Source: an uncultured Oscillospiraceae bacterium (lineage in GTDB: Bacteria > Bacillota > Clostridia > Oscillospirales > Oscillospiraceae). From it: a DNA stretch of 55,486 nucleotides. Below, piece after piece: positions 8,597 through 18,533 of this stretch; the stretch's first letter is position 1; every line of letters starts with the position of its first letter. The notes under the pieces were generated by a model. The model ran no database searches. It was not told where the DNA came from and worked only from the letters and a program-made list of their open reading frames with translations. The DNA is taken from the NCBI GenBank assembly GCA_964628315.1, contig CAZVMK010000001.1, positions 1 through 55,486 of the forward strand, read 5' to 3'. The translations under genes were made by a program, and so were the position numbers.

Positions 8597-11431
8597 ATGA
8601 AACTGCCGCAATTCCGCAAAAAATACAATTGGAACTATACAGCGCTGGCCTTTGCCCTGCCCATGACACTGATGATGGTGATCTATTTCATCACCTCCAT
8701 CACCCCCTTTGGCAGCTATACCCTGCTGTATTCCGACAATTATCACCAGTATTACCCGTTCTTCTATCAATTCCGCGCCTCCATTCGCTCCGGCGCAGGC
8801 CTGCAATGGACCTGGAGTGTCGGTGGCGGTATTGATTATCTGGGCATGATCTCCTACTATCTGGCCTCGCCGCTGAATTTGCTGAGCGTGCTTCTGCCCG
8901 ACAGCTGGGTGCTCACTTACTTCACCCTGCTCATGCCCATCAAGCTCAGCCTGGCCAGCGGCTTCTTTGCCATCATGCTGAAAAAGCTCTATGGCAAAAA
9001 TGACCTGTCGCTGACCCTGTTTGGCAGCCTTTACGCCCTGTGTGCCTGGGCACTGGGCTACCAGTGGAATATCATGTGGCTGGATAGCTTTGCCCTGCTT
9101 CCTCTTGTCGCACTGGGCACTGTTTTGTTGCTTCGTGACCGCAAATACCTGCTTTATACGATTTCTCTGGCGCTGGCCGTTCTTTCCAATTACTATATCG
9201 GCTTTTTCGTCTGCATTTTCGTGTTCCTGCTGTTCTGGTGCTACGAGATCAGTCGCTTTAAAAACCTGTGGCGTTTCTTTGCCGACCTGTTCTATATCGG
9301 CGTGTTCACCGTGTTGGCATTGGGCATGACCGCCGTGCTGGAGATCCCCACCCTGGCCTCTCTGCAAACCACCTATTCCAGCTCCAGCACCTTCCCCGAA
9401 GGCTTCACCCTGAACATCGTCTCTGCCGAAGCCCAAACCGCCGCCAAGGAAGCCTGGACCGCCTACACCACCGCCCGAGATGCCGGCGACCCCACCCTGA
9501 GCCTGTGGTTCAAGGCCATTGTGGCCGGTTTTCCCGTAGTCTTCGGCGGTATGCAGGAAGTGGCCGGTCAAATCGGCGGCGGACAGACCCCCACCTATAT
9601 GAGCGGCCTGCCCAACCTGTACTGTGGCGTTCTGCCCATTGCACTGGGATTTTTGTTCCTCATGTCCAGAGATGTGAAAATTCGGGACAAACTGTGCAGT
9701 GTCGGGCTTTTGACCCTGTTCATCCTCAGTTTCCTGTTCCGCCAACTGGACTATATCTGGCACGGCTTCCATTTCACCAATCAGATTCCCTATCGTTTCA
9801 GTTTCCTGTTCAGTTTCGTTGTCCTGTATATGGCCTACCGCGCCTGGCTGCTGAAAGACAGCTTCAATCTGCGGCAAATCATTTTTGCCGGTGTTTTCAG
9901 TGTCGCCGTTCTGGCTTTCGGCCAGCATGACAGCTCCGATATTCTTTACTGGCTGTTCAATCTGGTCTTCCTGGCCGTCTATTTCCTGTGCCTGCTGATA
10001 TCTCATCCGGATTATCCCCTGCTGACCAGGATTTTGTCACGCGCCACCGCCCCCGAAGATGCCACCGTACTGAAAATCGAGCCTGTATCACAGCCCAATC
10101 TCCCCCGCCGTCGTCAAATCACCTCCGCCGTTCTGGCAGGTACCATGGTGCTGGAAATGGTGCTGTATACCGCCCTGTTCTTCAGTGGCTTCTCCATCCG
10201 TGATTATGACTACCCCAAAAATGAAGATAAGGCCGCCCAGCTATTCCAACATCTGAACGAGCTGGATGACGGAAGCGACCTTTTCTACCGCACGGAAGTG
10301 ACCCACCGTCAAACCCTCAACGACGGCGCACTCAACGGTTACAACGGCCTGAGCACCTTTACCAGCTCCGCCAACGTAAAGACCACCAATTTCATGAAAT
10401 GTCTGGGTGCTGCCGCTCAGAACAACTGGAACCGCTACGCCTATGAGGAAAGCAGTCCCGTCTCCAACCTGTTCCTGAACCTGAAATATCTTGTAGAACG
10501 GGATAAGGAAACCGAGGGCAACACCTATTTCGATCCCGTTCTCACCGAAAACGGCATGACCGTGCTGGAAAATAACGCCTATCTGCCTCTGGGCTTTTTG
10601 GCAGGATCGGAGCTGGCCGATATTGAGTTCACCGACTCTTCCTTTGCATTCCAGAACAAGCTTTTCAAGGCGGCCACCGGCCTGACAAAAGACGTATGGA
10701 GCCATACTCCCCTCCCCACCGTGTCCACCACCGGAACCGTCACTCTGGAAAAAGAAAATTCCGGATGGGTCAAATTCTCCACCGGTACCGGCGGCGGCAC
10801 CCTGACCTACACCTATGACATCCAGCAGGAAGGCTTCATGTGCATGAACATCAACTTCTACAAGATGAGTGCCTTCTCCGTCTATCTCAACGGCGAAAAG
10901 CTGTATACGGAGTCCTACAAGCTGGCCCAGATGCTCTCTGTCGGCGATGTAAAGCCTGGAGACAAGGTAGAAGTGAAGATCACCTGCACCGCCAACTACA
11001 CCAGCACCACCATGTCCCTGTATTCCTCCATCATGGATGAGCAGGTTTACCGTCAGGGTTATGACATTCTCAACGCTTCCACCCTGCAACTGACCGAAGC
11101 AAACAGCACCTATTTCAGTGGCACCATCGACTGTAACCGTGACGGTCTACTCTACACCTCCATCCCCCAGAACGGCAACTGGAAAGCCTTTGTGGACGGT
11201 GAGGAAGCGCAGATCACCCTGGTCGGCGATTGCATGGTGTCCGTCCCCCTGACCGAGGGACAGCACACCGTTGAATTCCGTTATGAGAACAGATCTCTGC
11301 AAATCGGCGGATTGATTTCTCTGGGCTGTGCCGGCGTATTTGCAATCATCATCGTAGTGGACTATACCCTGCGCAAAAAGCGAGCGCTCCCAAAGCCTCA
11401 GGAAGAAACGCAACCTAAAAAGAAGAAATAA
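8597..11431 (+). CDS. YfhO-family polytopic membrane protein (GT-C-type)
   Basis: D-x-x-HQYYPF, YYLASPLN, NIMWLD, NYYIGF, WHGFHFTNQIPYRFSF motifs; C-terminal SIPQNGNWKAFVDG...GQHTVEFRY. Confidence 0.85.
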   Translation: MKLPQFRKKYNWNYTALAFALPMTLMMVIYFITSITPFGSYTLLYSDNYHQYYPFFYQFRASIRSGAGLQWTWSVGGGIDYLGMISYYLASPLNLLSVLLPDSWVLTYFTLLMPIKLSLASGFFAIMLKKLYGKNDLSLTLFGSLYALCAWALGYQWNIMWLDSFALLPLVALGTVLLLRDRKYLLYTISLALAVLSNYYIGFFVCIFVFLLFWCYEISRFKNLWRFFADLFYIGVFTVLALGMTAVLEIPTLASLQTTYSSSSTFPEGFTLNIVSAEAQTAAKEAWTAYTTARDAGDPTLSLWFKAIVAGFPVVFGGMQEVAGQIGGGQTPTYMSGLPNLYCGVLPIALGFLFLMSRDVKIRDKLCSVGLLTLFILSFLFRQLDYIWHGFHFTNQIPYRFSFLFSFVVLYMAYRAWLLKDSFNLRQIIFAGVFSVAVLAFGQHDSSDILYWLFNLVFLAVYFLCLLISHPDYPLLTRILSRATAPEDATVLKIEPVSQPNLPRRRQITSAVLAGTMVLEMVLYTALFFSGFSIRDYDYPKNEDKAAQLFQHLNELDDGSDLFYRTEVTHRQTLNDGALNGYNGLSTFTSSANVKTTNFMKCLGAAAQNNWNRYAYEESSPVSNLFLNLKYLVERDKETEGNTYFDPVLTENGMTVLENNAYLPLGFLAGSELADIEFTDSSFAFQNKLFKAATGLTKDVWSHTPLPTVSTTGTVTLEKENSGWVKFSTGTGGGTLTYTYDIQQEGFMCMNINFYKMSAFSVYLNGEKLYTESYKLAQMLSVGDVKPGDKVEVKITCTANYTSTTMSLYSSIMDEQVYRQGYDILNASTLQLTEANSTYFSGTIDCNRDGLLYTSIPQNGNWKAFVDGEEAQITLVGDCMVSVPLTEGQHTVEFRYENRSLQIGGLISLGCAGVFAIIIVVDYTLRKKRALPKPQEETQPKKKK

Positions 11432-11440
11432 TTCCACAAC

Positions 11441-11478
11441 AAAAAGGTGTCACATCCGCTAAGAATGTGACACCTTTT
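11441..11478. terminator. Bidirectional terminator
   Basis: AAAAAGGTGTCACAT...ATGTGACACCTTTT. Confidence 0.8.
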
Positions 11479-11479
11479 C

Positions 11480-13441
11480 TTATTTCATGCTGGCATATTT
11501 AAATTCAATGATTCCATCCTGGTTGTATTCGCTGTAGTATCTTGTAATGGCACCGATGATGGTGATGGTATCTCCCTCCCGAGGTGGGTTTTCCATATTG
11601 CCATAGCGCACCCCATCGGCATCATTCAGCCCGTAGACATAAACGCTGTAGCCGGTATCATCCTGAATGTACAGGTTTCCGTAGTAATCATTTTCGATGG
11701 AAACTATGGTTCCCGTTACTTCAAAGGTCTGTTCCGATGTCTCGTTGCGGCCCAGCATCTGACCGTATTGCAGAGCCTGCTCAATGGTCACCACTTTTGC
11801 CGATCCGCCCCAGTTTTCTGCGGCAATGTAATCTTTCAGCAGATCACGGGCATAGTAGTTTTTCAGCCGCTCCACTTCCGTGAACATATTGTACTTGTAG
11901 AACGAAGTGTAAGTATCCGTCACCACATAATAGGTCTTGTTGTCGTCGATCTCCAGATCCGCATCATAGGCGCAGTGATAATTTGCACTGTTGGAATGGA
12001 CAAACACGGTTCTCAACTGTCTGCCCGTCACCTGGCACAGCACCAGATCATTGTCAAATGGCAACAGGCTGTACAGCTGGGAATAGGTCACTTTTCCGCT
12101 ATAGAGGTTATAGGGGGTGCGGCATTTCAAAAATCCGCCGCCAAGGACGATATCATATTGATCGCCCCACAGCTGTCTGCCTTTTTCCAGGTACAGCTGC
12201 GCCACCGTATCGGCAATTTCGTTGCTGTCACGGCTGATGTTATTATAACCGATGACATCGGTGTAAGGGTCTTCCTCAGGGAAATAACGGTCAAACAGTT
12301 CCTCAACGATGGGGTCATCTTCCAATGTAGCGTCGGCATAAATGCTGGGGCTCAGGGTGTCTACCGTCTGAACATCATAACTGTCCGTCACCGTATTGTA
12401 GCAGATGCTGACATAGCTCAGGCCGCTGTTGTAGCCGCCAGCCTGAAGATGGTACACGCCGTACTGATCTTGCAGAATATAGTCCTGATGGGTGTGTGCC
12501 TCAAAAACCAGATCCACATAGCCATTGGACAGTTCCATATCATAATAATCCAGTCGGCTGACGTTCTGGACACCGGAAGTGGAATTTCCGGAGCCCTCAT
12601 GTAGGCTGTAAACGATCAGGTCACAACCGGCCTCTCTCAGGCGAACCGCCTCCGCCTTGACAAGCTCCGTCAGTGCATTGCCGGTGGCAAACGTAATTCC
12701 ATCGGTATATTCGCCGGAAATGGAGGACAGACAATCTCCGATGGCGCCGATAATGCCGATTTTCACGCCACCACGCTCCACCACCACGGAACTGTCGCAA
12801 TAGGGCGTATCCACATTATTGTCCGTCACATTGATGCCCAGGATCGGAAAATCCGCCAGCGCCGCATTGTCGGCGATGCACCCGCTGCCCCAGTCATATT
12901 CGTGATTGCCCAGTGTCATACTGACAAAGCCCAGGTCATTCATCCACTGGGTCATCAGCGCACCTTTATTGGAGCTGGACTCTACACTTCCCTGCCACAT
13001 ATCACCGGAAGAAAGCACGATCTCATAGGCACCGTCATCGGCGTATGCGTTCTTCAGGAATGTGGTCAGTTCATCAACACCGACGTTGGAATTGGTGTCC
13101 ATAAAAACGCCGTGCAGGTCGTTAAAGGCGTAAAAATCCAATTTTACCGTCACATTTCCGAAACATACATCGCAAATTCCGTTGTTATCCTCATCCACGT
13201 GATCACAGCTGGGGTCCGTAGGCTCCGTGCTGTCACCCATCGGTTCAGAAGGGTGGGTATCGGGCGTAGTGGGCTGGGTATCAGACTCAGATGGCTGGGT
13301 GTCGGATGTAGATGGTTGCGTATTGGGTGCCGTCGTTGCTCCAGTCGAGCCGGTTTCGGTCGTTGCCTGTCCGCAAGCGCACAGCAGGAGCATTACGGCC
13401 AGCAAGCCGGCGACAATGCGTGTCGTGTTTGTTGTTTTCAT
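11480..13441 (-). CDS. Lipoprotein metallophosphoesterase/5'-nucleotidase with C-terminal OB-fold-like domain
   Basis: Lipobox LLLCAC; NDLHG, SGDMWQG, LGNHEYDWG, EAHTH motifs; LLPFDN of the 5'-nucleotidase C-domain. Confidence 0.85.
   Translation of the reverse strand: MKTTNTTRIVAGLLAVMLLLCACGQATTETGSTGATTAPNTQPSTSDTQPSESDTQPTTPDTHPSEPMGDSTEPTDPSCDHVDEDNNGICDVCFGNVTVKLDFYAFNDLHGVFMDTNSNVGVDELTTFLKNAYADDGAYEIVLSSGDMWQGSVESSSNKGALMTQWMNDLGFVSMTLGNHEYDWGSGCIADNAALADFPILGINVTDNNVDTPYCDSSVVVERGGVKIGIIGAIGDCLSSISGEYTDGITFATGNALTELVKAEAVRLREAGCDLIVYSLHEGSGNSTSGVQNVSRLDYYDMELSNGYVDLVFEAHTHQDYILQDQYGVYHLQAGGYNSGLSYVSICYNTVTDSYDVQTVDTLSPSIYADATLEDDPIVEELFDRYFPEEDPYTDVIGYNNISRDSNEIADTVAQLYLEKGRQLWGDQYDIVLGGGFLKCRTPYNLYSGKVTYSQLYSLLPFDNDLVLCQVTGRQLRTVFVHSNSANYHCAYDADLEIDDNKTYYVVTDTYTSFYKYNMFTEVERLKNYYARDLLKDYIAAENWGGSAKVVTIEQALQYGQMLGRNETSEQTFEVTGTIVSIENDYYGNLYIQDDTGYSVYVYGLNDADGVRYGNMENPPREGDTITIIGAITRYYSEYNQDGIIEFKYASMK
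13240..13325 (-). repeat. Degenerate ~21-bp coding repeats (TQPSTSD/TQPSESD/TQPTTPD/THPSEP linker)
   Basis: 7-aa periodicity in the translation; boundaries approximate. Confidence 0.6.
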
Positions 13442-13640
13442 CGAGTTTCCTCCAGTTTTGAACTTCATAATTTTTTAATTATAACACAGTCGGAGTAAAA
13501 TGGCAATAACCGCCTTGAAAATCTATCATTTTTCGAAGAAATTGCAGATTTTTCTCATTTGTTTATAATTTGTTTGCTTTTCCCCTTGCACGAATGTGAT
13601 ATAATCTTTATAAAGATAAAATTATGAAAGGATGATATCC

Positions 13641-14003
13641 ATGGCCTATTGTCAATACTGTGGCGCCAGTCTGGAAGGTTCTCCCAACTTCTGCCCCAGC
13701 TGCGGCGCTTCCCTGAACGGCAATGCCCAAAACAACAACGCAAACACGCAACAAGCACAATCTAATAATCAGTGGTCCACCGCAAAGACGGTTGGCACCG
13801 TTGCCGGTGCGGCTGTTGGCGTGTCCTTGCTCAGCCGTTTGTTCCGGCCCAGACCTCCCCATCATCCCCCGATGGGCCCCCATCATGGCCCTCGCGGCGG
13901 TTTCGGCGGCCCTGGCGGTCCTCATGGTGGCTTTGGCGGTCCTGGCGGCCCTCGCGGTGGCTTCGGCGGTCCTGGCGGTCACGGCCCTGGTGGAAGAAGA
14001 TAA
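13641..14003 (+). CDS. Zinc-ribbon protein with one hydrophobic helix and a Gly/Pro-rich tail
   Basis: CQYCG...FCPSCG at N-terminus; RBS AAAGGA before ATG 13641. Confidence 0.75.
   Translation: MAYCQYCGASLEGSPNFCPSCGASLNGNAQNNNANTQQAQSNNQWSTAKTVGTVAGAAVGVSLLSRLFRPRPPHHPPMGPHHGPRGGFGGPGGPHGGFGGPGGPRGGFGGPGGHGPGGRR
13887..13976 (+). repeat. 3 x 30-bp tandem coding repeat, GP(R/H)GGFGGPG
   Basis: Units at 13887, 13917 and 13947. Confidence 0.85.
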
Positions 14004-14011
14004 GCCTCATC

Positions 14012-14045
14012 GAGCCATTCTCCTTAAAAAGAGAATGGCTCTTTT
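14012..14045 (+). terminator. Intrinsic terminator
   Basis: GAGCCATTCTC...GAGAATGGCTC-TTTT. Confidence 0.75.
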
Positions 14046-14079
14046 CATCCTATTTGATTTTATATTTATCTAATTAGTA

Positions 14080-14108
14080 TTGACATTTTGATTTCATTAT
14101 GATATAAT
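14080..14108 (+). promoter_or_regulatory. Consensus sigma-A promoter with extended -10
   Basis: TTGACA-17 bp-TATAAT with TGn. Confidence 0.85.
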
Positions 14109-14166
14109 CCCATCAGGCAGAGAACAACAGTCACTGTCAAATAAAGCAAAGGGAGGTCATTCTATC

Positions 14167-14535
14167 ATGGATGAGAAACTGTCGAATTTCAGCAATTATT
14201 TTGAAACGCAAATTGCTCTGTGCAACCGGCGCAGGGATGCTCTGCTTGCCGACGGACGGGCAGACGAGGCCACCTTTGAAAAAGTGCGTGCCAATATTTA
14301 TGATATTTTCCGCACAGTCTTGTCTGTTGCAGTACAGCATTGCGAAGGGCACCCCGATGCGGTGGGTCAATTCTTTCTCCTGCGGCTGCAAAACATCCCC
14401 GAAAGCTGGGAAGCCGCTTACGAAAGTGCAAAATCCCATAACGACACAGAAAAAATCTGTCTGGAACAGCTCAAGCTGGACACGGTCGCTCAAATCAGGG
14501 AACGCTTTACAGACCTTTGGGGGGAAATAAAATGA
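14167..14535 (+). CDS. Hypothetical helical protein
   Basis: 122 aa; GGGAGG RBS; ATGA overlap with the next gene. Confidence 0.7.
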   Translation: MDEKLSNFSNYFETQIALCNRRRDALLADGRADEATFEKVRANIYDIFRTVLSVAVQHCEGHPDAVGQFFLLRLQNIPESWEAAYESAKSHNDTEKICLEQLKLDTVAQIRERFTDLWGEIK

Positions 14536-15086
14536 CGGAAACCGAAGCCATCGCTCTTTTTAAATGCCTGTCGGATAAATCCCGACTTCAGATTTTAAAA
14601 TCTCTGGCGTTGGAGGATATGTACGTGGAGCGGCTGGCCGAGCGGCTGGGTATCACCGCCGCCACGGTCTCTTTCCATCTGAAAAAGCTGACTGATGCCG
14701 GTGCCGTCACCTCCTACAAAAGCCAGTATTACACCATGTATTCCCTGAACAGAAAAATTTTCGAGACCAGCATTCTGGAGATTTTGCAACAGCGCTCCGA
14801 CGAAGCAGAAGCGCAAGCAGAGCGTGATGCGCAGTACCGCCAAAAGGTGATCGACGCTTTCTTTGAATACGGAAAACTGAAAGCCATCCCCGCTCAGCGA
14901 AAAAAAGAGCGGATCGTGCTGGAAGTGATCGCCGAGGCCTTTGCTTATGACCGGATCTACTCAGAACGGGAGGTCAACATCATCATTGCAGACTTCCACG
15001 ATGATTTTTGTACCATCCGTCGGGACATGGTCGGCGAGCAGCTGCTGGCCCGTGATTTCAATGGTTATTGGCGTGTAAAACCATGA
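14532..15086 (+). CDS. ArsR/SmtB-family HTH regulator with C-terminal DUF2087-like domain
   Basis: LFKCLSDKSRLQIL...TVSFHLKKL; GKLKAIPAQRKK...YSEREVN...HDDFCTIRRDMV. Confidence 0.85.
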   Translation: MTETEAIALFKCLSDKSRLQILKSLALEDMYVERLAERLGITAATVSFHLKKLTDAGAVTSYKSQYYTMYSLNRKIFETSILEILQQRSDEAEAQAERDAQYRQKVIDAFFEYGKLKAIPAQRKKERIVLEVIAEAFAYDRIYSEREVNIIIADFHDDFCTIRRDMVGEQLLARDFNGYWRVKP

Positions 15087-15162
15087 TCGCAACAAAAACC
15101 GCACCCCATTCATCAGGCCAGGATCATCATATCCGTGTCTAAAGGGGTGCGGTTTGTCTTAT

Positions 15163-15196
15163 AAAAAAAGCAGACATCCTTCTGGATGTCTGCCTT
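15163..15196 (-). terminator. Terminator downstream of the tRNA
   Basis: GCAGACATCC-ttct-GGATGTCTGC; A-run gives a U-tract on the minus strand. Confidence 0.8.
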
Positions 15197-15284
15197 TGGT
15201 GCGCGAGGCGGGACTTGAACCCGCATGCCCGGAATGAGCACTAGAACCTGAATCTAGCGAGTCTACCAATTCCACCACTCGCGC
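15197..15284 (-). tRNA. tRNA-Leu (anticodon CAG)
   Basis: Acceptor GCGCGAG/CTCGCGC-ACCA; anticodon arm CTAGA-TTCAGGT-TCTAG; long variable arm; GGGTTCAAGTCCC T-arm. Confidence 0.96.
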
Positions 15285-15316
15285 ATATATTTACTTTCGC
15301 GCCTCAGCGCTTGAAT

Positions 15317-15345
15317 ATATTAGCACGTGCTATCCATTTTGTCAA
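15317..15345 (-). promoter_or_regulatory. Sigma-A promoter of the tRNA
   Basis: TTGACA-17 bp-TAATAT on the minus strand. Confidence 0.7.
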
Positions 15346-15439
15346 CACTTTTTTTCAAAATTTTTGAAAAAGTTTTCCTCTTCCATTTTAAGGCATTTAA
15401 TGCTACAATAAAAGAAAATTCGTTTTTGGAGGCAAGAAT

Positions 15440-17395
15440 ATGTCTTTTCTGCCCATTTCAAAAGAGGAAATGCTGGAACGGGGCTGGCAATGCTGCGATT
15501 TCGTCTACATCATCGGCGATGCCTATGTAGATCATCCCTCTTTCGGCCATGCCATCATCAGCCGCATTCTGGAAAGCCACGGTTACAGCGTCGGTATCAT
15601 CTCCCAGCCGGACTGGAAAGATCCCAGATCCATCGATGTATTCGGCCGTCCCCGACTGGGTTTTCTGGTCTCCGGCGGCAATATGGATTCCATGGTCAAT
15701 CACTACTCCGTTTCCAAGCATCGCCGTAAAACCGATGCCTTTACCCCAGGAGGTGTTATGGGCAAACGCCCCGACTACGCCACCGTGGTCTATTGCAATC
15801 TGATTCGCCGGACATATCGGGACGTGCCAATCCTCATCGGCGGAATTGAAGCTTCTCTGCGCCGTTTGGGGCACTACGATTACTGGAGCGAGAGCATGAA
15901 ACGCTCCATACTTCTGGACAGTCAGGCAGATATTTTGATGTACGGCATGGGTGAAAAATCCATTGTGGAACTGGCCGATGCTCTGAACGCGGGCATGGAA
16001 GCAAAGGACATCACCTATATCGACGGTACCGTATTTAAAACCACCGCACCGGATGACAGTCTGCCCACGATCACACTGCCCGCTTTCGAGGAATTGAAGC
16101 AAAACAAGCGCCGCTATGCCGAGTCCTTCAAAATTCAGTACGGCAACTGCGATCCTTTCACCGCCAAGCGCCTTGCCGAACCCTACGGCGATGTATTCGT
16201 GGTGCAAAATCCCCCTCAGAAGCCCCTGACTCAGGAAGAAATGGATGCCGTATACGATCTTCCCTACGAGCGCACCTACCATCCCAGCTATCAAAAAGCC
16301 GGCGGTGTACCGGCCATTGAGGAAGTCAAATTCAGTCTGGTCAGCAATCGAGGTTGCTTCGGTGCCTGTTCGTTCTGCGCCCTTACCTTCCATCAGGGGC
16401 GCATCATCCAGACCCGCAGTCACGACTCCATTTTGGCCGAAGCGGAAAAAATGGTTCAGGATAAGGATTTTAAAGGCTACATTCACGATGTCGGCGGTCC
16501 CACTGCCAATTTCCGCCATCCGGCTTGCGAAAAGCAGCTGAGCAAAGGTGCCTGCGGTGGACGGCAATGTCTGTACCCCACCCCATGTAAAAACATGAAC
16601 ACCGACCACAGCGATTATGTAGCGTTGCTACGCAAGCTTCGAAAGATCCCTGGCGTGAAGAAGGTTTTTGTCCGCAGCGGTATCCGTTTTGACTATCTGT
16701 TGGCCGACAAAAAGGATACTTTCTTCCGCGAACTGGTACAATTCCATATTTCGGGCCAGCTGAAAGTGGCACCGGAACACGTATCCGATGCGGTGCTCAG
16801 CCGTATGGGCAAGCCCAGAAACGCCGTTTACAATCAATTCGTGGACAAATACCACGTTCTGAACAAGCAGTATGGTATGAACCAGTTCCTGGTACCCTAC
16901 CTCATGTCCAGTCACCCTGGCTCCACCATGAAAGAGGCCGTGGAGCTGGCAGAATACATCCGTGAAATGGGTTATAATCCCGAGCAGGTGCAGGATTTTT
17001 ATCCCACTCCCTCTACCCTGTCCACCGTCATGTACTATACAGGCCTTGACCCCCGTACCATGGACAAAGTCTATGTACCCACCGATCCCCACGAAAAAGC
17101 CATGCAGCGCGCACTGATCCAATACCGCGACCCGAAAAACTATTATCTGGTCCGTGAAGCACTGATCGCCGCCCATCGGGAAGATCTGATCGGCTCCGGC
17201 CCCAAGTGCCTGATCCGTGCCATTCCCCCACGGGCCCGAAAAGCCGTTGCTCCCCCACCCAAAGCGCCCCAAAGGGGCAATGCCAAGTCTGCGCCCCAGC
17301 GGTCGGTCTCCAGATCCGGCCGAAACGCCCCTCCCTCCGGCGGCCCGAAATCCGCCCATAGAGCTCCATCCGGTACAAAAGGCAAAAAGCGCTGA
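15440..17395 (+). CDS. ygiQ: YgiQ-family radical SAM protein
   Basis: [31 protein letters not shown] (CxxxCxxC), QVQDFYPTP. Confidence 0.92.
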   Translation: MSFLPISKEEMLERGWQCCDFVYIIGDAYVDHPSFGHAIISRILESHGYSVGIISQPDWKDPRSIDVFGRPRLGFLVSGGNMDSMVNHYSVSKHRRKTDAFTPGGVMGKRPDYATVVYCNLIRRTYRDVPILIGGIEASLRRLGHYDYWSESMKRSILLDSQADILMYGMGEKSIVELADALNAGMEAKDITYIDGTVFKTTAPDDSLPTITLPAFEELKQNKRRYAESFKIQYGNCDPFTAKRLAEPYGDVFVVQNPPQKPLTQEEMDAVYDLPYERTYHPSYQKAGGVPAIEEVKFSLVSNRGCFGACSFCALTFHQGRIIQTRSHDSILAEAEKMVQDKDFKGYIHDVGGPTANFRHPACEKQLSKGACGGRQCLYPTPCKNMNTDHSDYVALLRKLRKIPGVKKVFVRSGIRFDYLLADKKDTFFRELVQFHISGQLKVAPEHVSDAVLSRMGKPRNAVYNQFVDKYHVLNKQYGMNQFLVPYLMSSHPGSTMKEAVELAEYIREMGYNPEQVQDFYPTPSTLSTVMYYTGLDPRTMDKVYVPTDPHEKAMQRALIQYRDPKNYYLVREALIAAHREDLIGSGPKCLIRAIPPRARKAVAPPPKAPQRGNAKSAPQRSVSRSGRNAPPSGGPKSAHRAPSGTKGKKR

Positions 17396-17496
17396 TCGTC
17401 AGGCGCCATGATTGCTATTTTTCATAGAATAATACTTGCTATTTGCCCCCTTTTTGGATATAATACAGACTAGAGAGATTATGGGGAGGTATACCC

Positions 17497-18495
17497 GTGA
17501 ATAACAAAAAAAATATTCTTCTTCTGACCACCGGCGGAACCATTGCCTCCATGCCAGGAGGCGAAGGGCTGGAGCCTCATTCTTCCGGCGTGTTTGAACG
17601 GGAAATGGAGCAACTGCGCACCTACTATGATATCACCGTTAAAGATCTGATCTGTCTGGACTCTTCCAATATTCGTCCTGCGGAATGGCAGATCATCGCT
17701 CAGGGCATTTTCGACAATCGCACCGGCTATGACGGCATCGTGGTTTCCCACGGCACCGATACGATGGCCTATACCGCCTCTGCCGTGACCTTTATGCTGC
17801 CCAACATCGACTTACCCGTGGTTTTCACCGGCTCCCAACTTCCTCTGGCAGATATGCTGTCCGACGGACCGGACAATCTTCGCACCGCTTTCGCCATGGC
17901 CGCCACCGGCTGTGCCGGTGTCTTTCTTGCCTTTGACCGCAAGGTCATGCTGGGCTGCCGCGGAGTCAAAGTCCGCGCCTCCGGTTTCTCGGCCTTTGAG
18001 TCCATCAACGCTCGCTATGCCGCTTTGGTCAGCAACGCAGGGCTCGCCATCGACCGTCAGGTTTTGCCCGTTTCCGGCGGAAAGCCCATGCTCAAAACCG
18101 CCATCAGTGACGACGTTTTTCTTCTGAAACTGACCCCAGGACTGTCTCCCCGCATTTTCGATGCACTGGCAGACATGGGCTACAAGGGCATCGTGCTGGA
18201 AGCTTTCGGTCTGGGCGGTATCAATGTTCTGGGCGAAAGTCTTGCCGCCATCGGCCGTCTGCTGGAGAAGGGAATCAACGTGGTCGTCACCTCCCAGTGT
18301 CTGTATGACAGCTCCAATCTGGGTGTCTACCAGGTAGGTGTCAAGCTGCTGCACCTGGGCGTGATCCAGGCCAGAGATATGACTTCCGAAGCCGCCATGA
18401 CCAAGCTGATGTGGGCCATCGGTCAGGGTTACGACCAGCAGGAGATCGCCAGGCTGTTCGCCACCAATCTGGCCGGCGAAATCAGCGTAGAATAA
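17497..18495 (+). CDS. ansA: Type I (cytoplasmic) L-asparaginase
   Basis: TGGTIA and HGTDTM catalytic motifs, TGSQLP, DMTSEAAMTKLMW; no signal peptide. Confidence 0.9.
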   Translation: MNNKKNILLLTTGGTIASMPGGEGLEPHSSGVFEREMEQLRTYYDITVKDLICLDSSNIRPAEWQIIAQGIFDNRTGYDGIVVSHGTDTMAYTASAVTFMLPNIDLPVVFTGSQLPLADMLSDGPDNLRTAFAMAATGCAGVFLAFDRKVMLGCRGVKVRASGFSAFESINARYAALVSNAGLAIDRQVLPVSGGKPMLKTAISDDVFLLKLTPGLSPRIFDALADMGYKGIVLEAFGLGGINVLGESLAAIGRLLEKGINVVVTSQCLYDSSNLGVYQVGVKLLHLGVIQARDMTSEAAMTKLMWAIGQGYDQQEIARLFATNLAGEISVE

Positions 18496-18533
18496 TCCAT
18501 ACCGCTCAATTACGAAATCTGAGGAGGATATTT

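Noticed and set aside
13887-13976. 30-bp repeats as a CRISPR array
   Set aside because: Contiguous in-frame coding repeats without spacers; no cas genes.
15096-15155. CTGATGA on the minus strand suggesting a hammerhead ribozyme
   Set aside because: No matching GAAA core or three-stem junction.
15197-15284. tRNA-Leu as an integration site for an island or prophage
   Set aside because: No integrase nearby, and I found no duplicated tRNA 3' end in the window by eye.
15321-15332. Palindrome TAGCACGTGCTA resembling CIRCE half-sites
   Set aside because: Lacks the 9-bp spacer and full TTAGCACTC arms; lies in a tRNA promoter spacer, not before chaperone genes.
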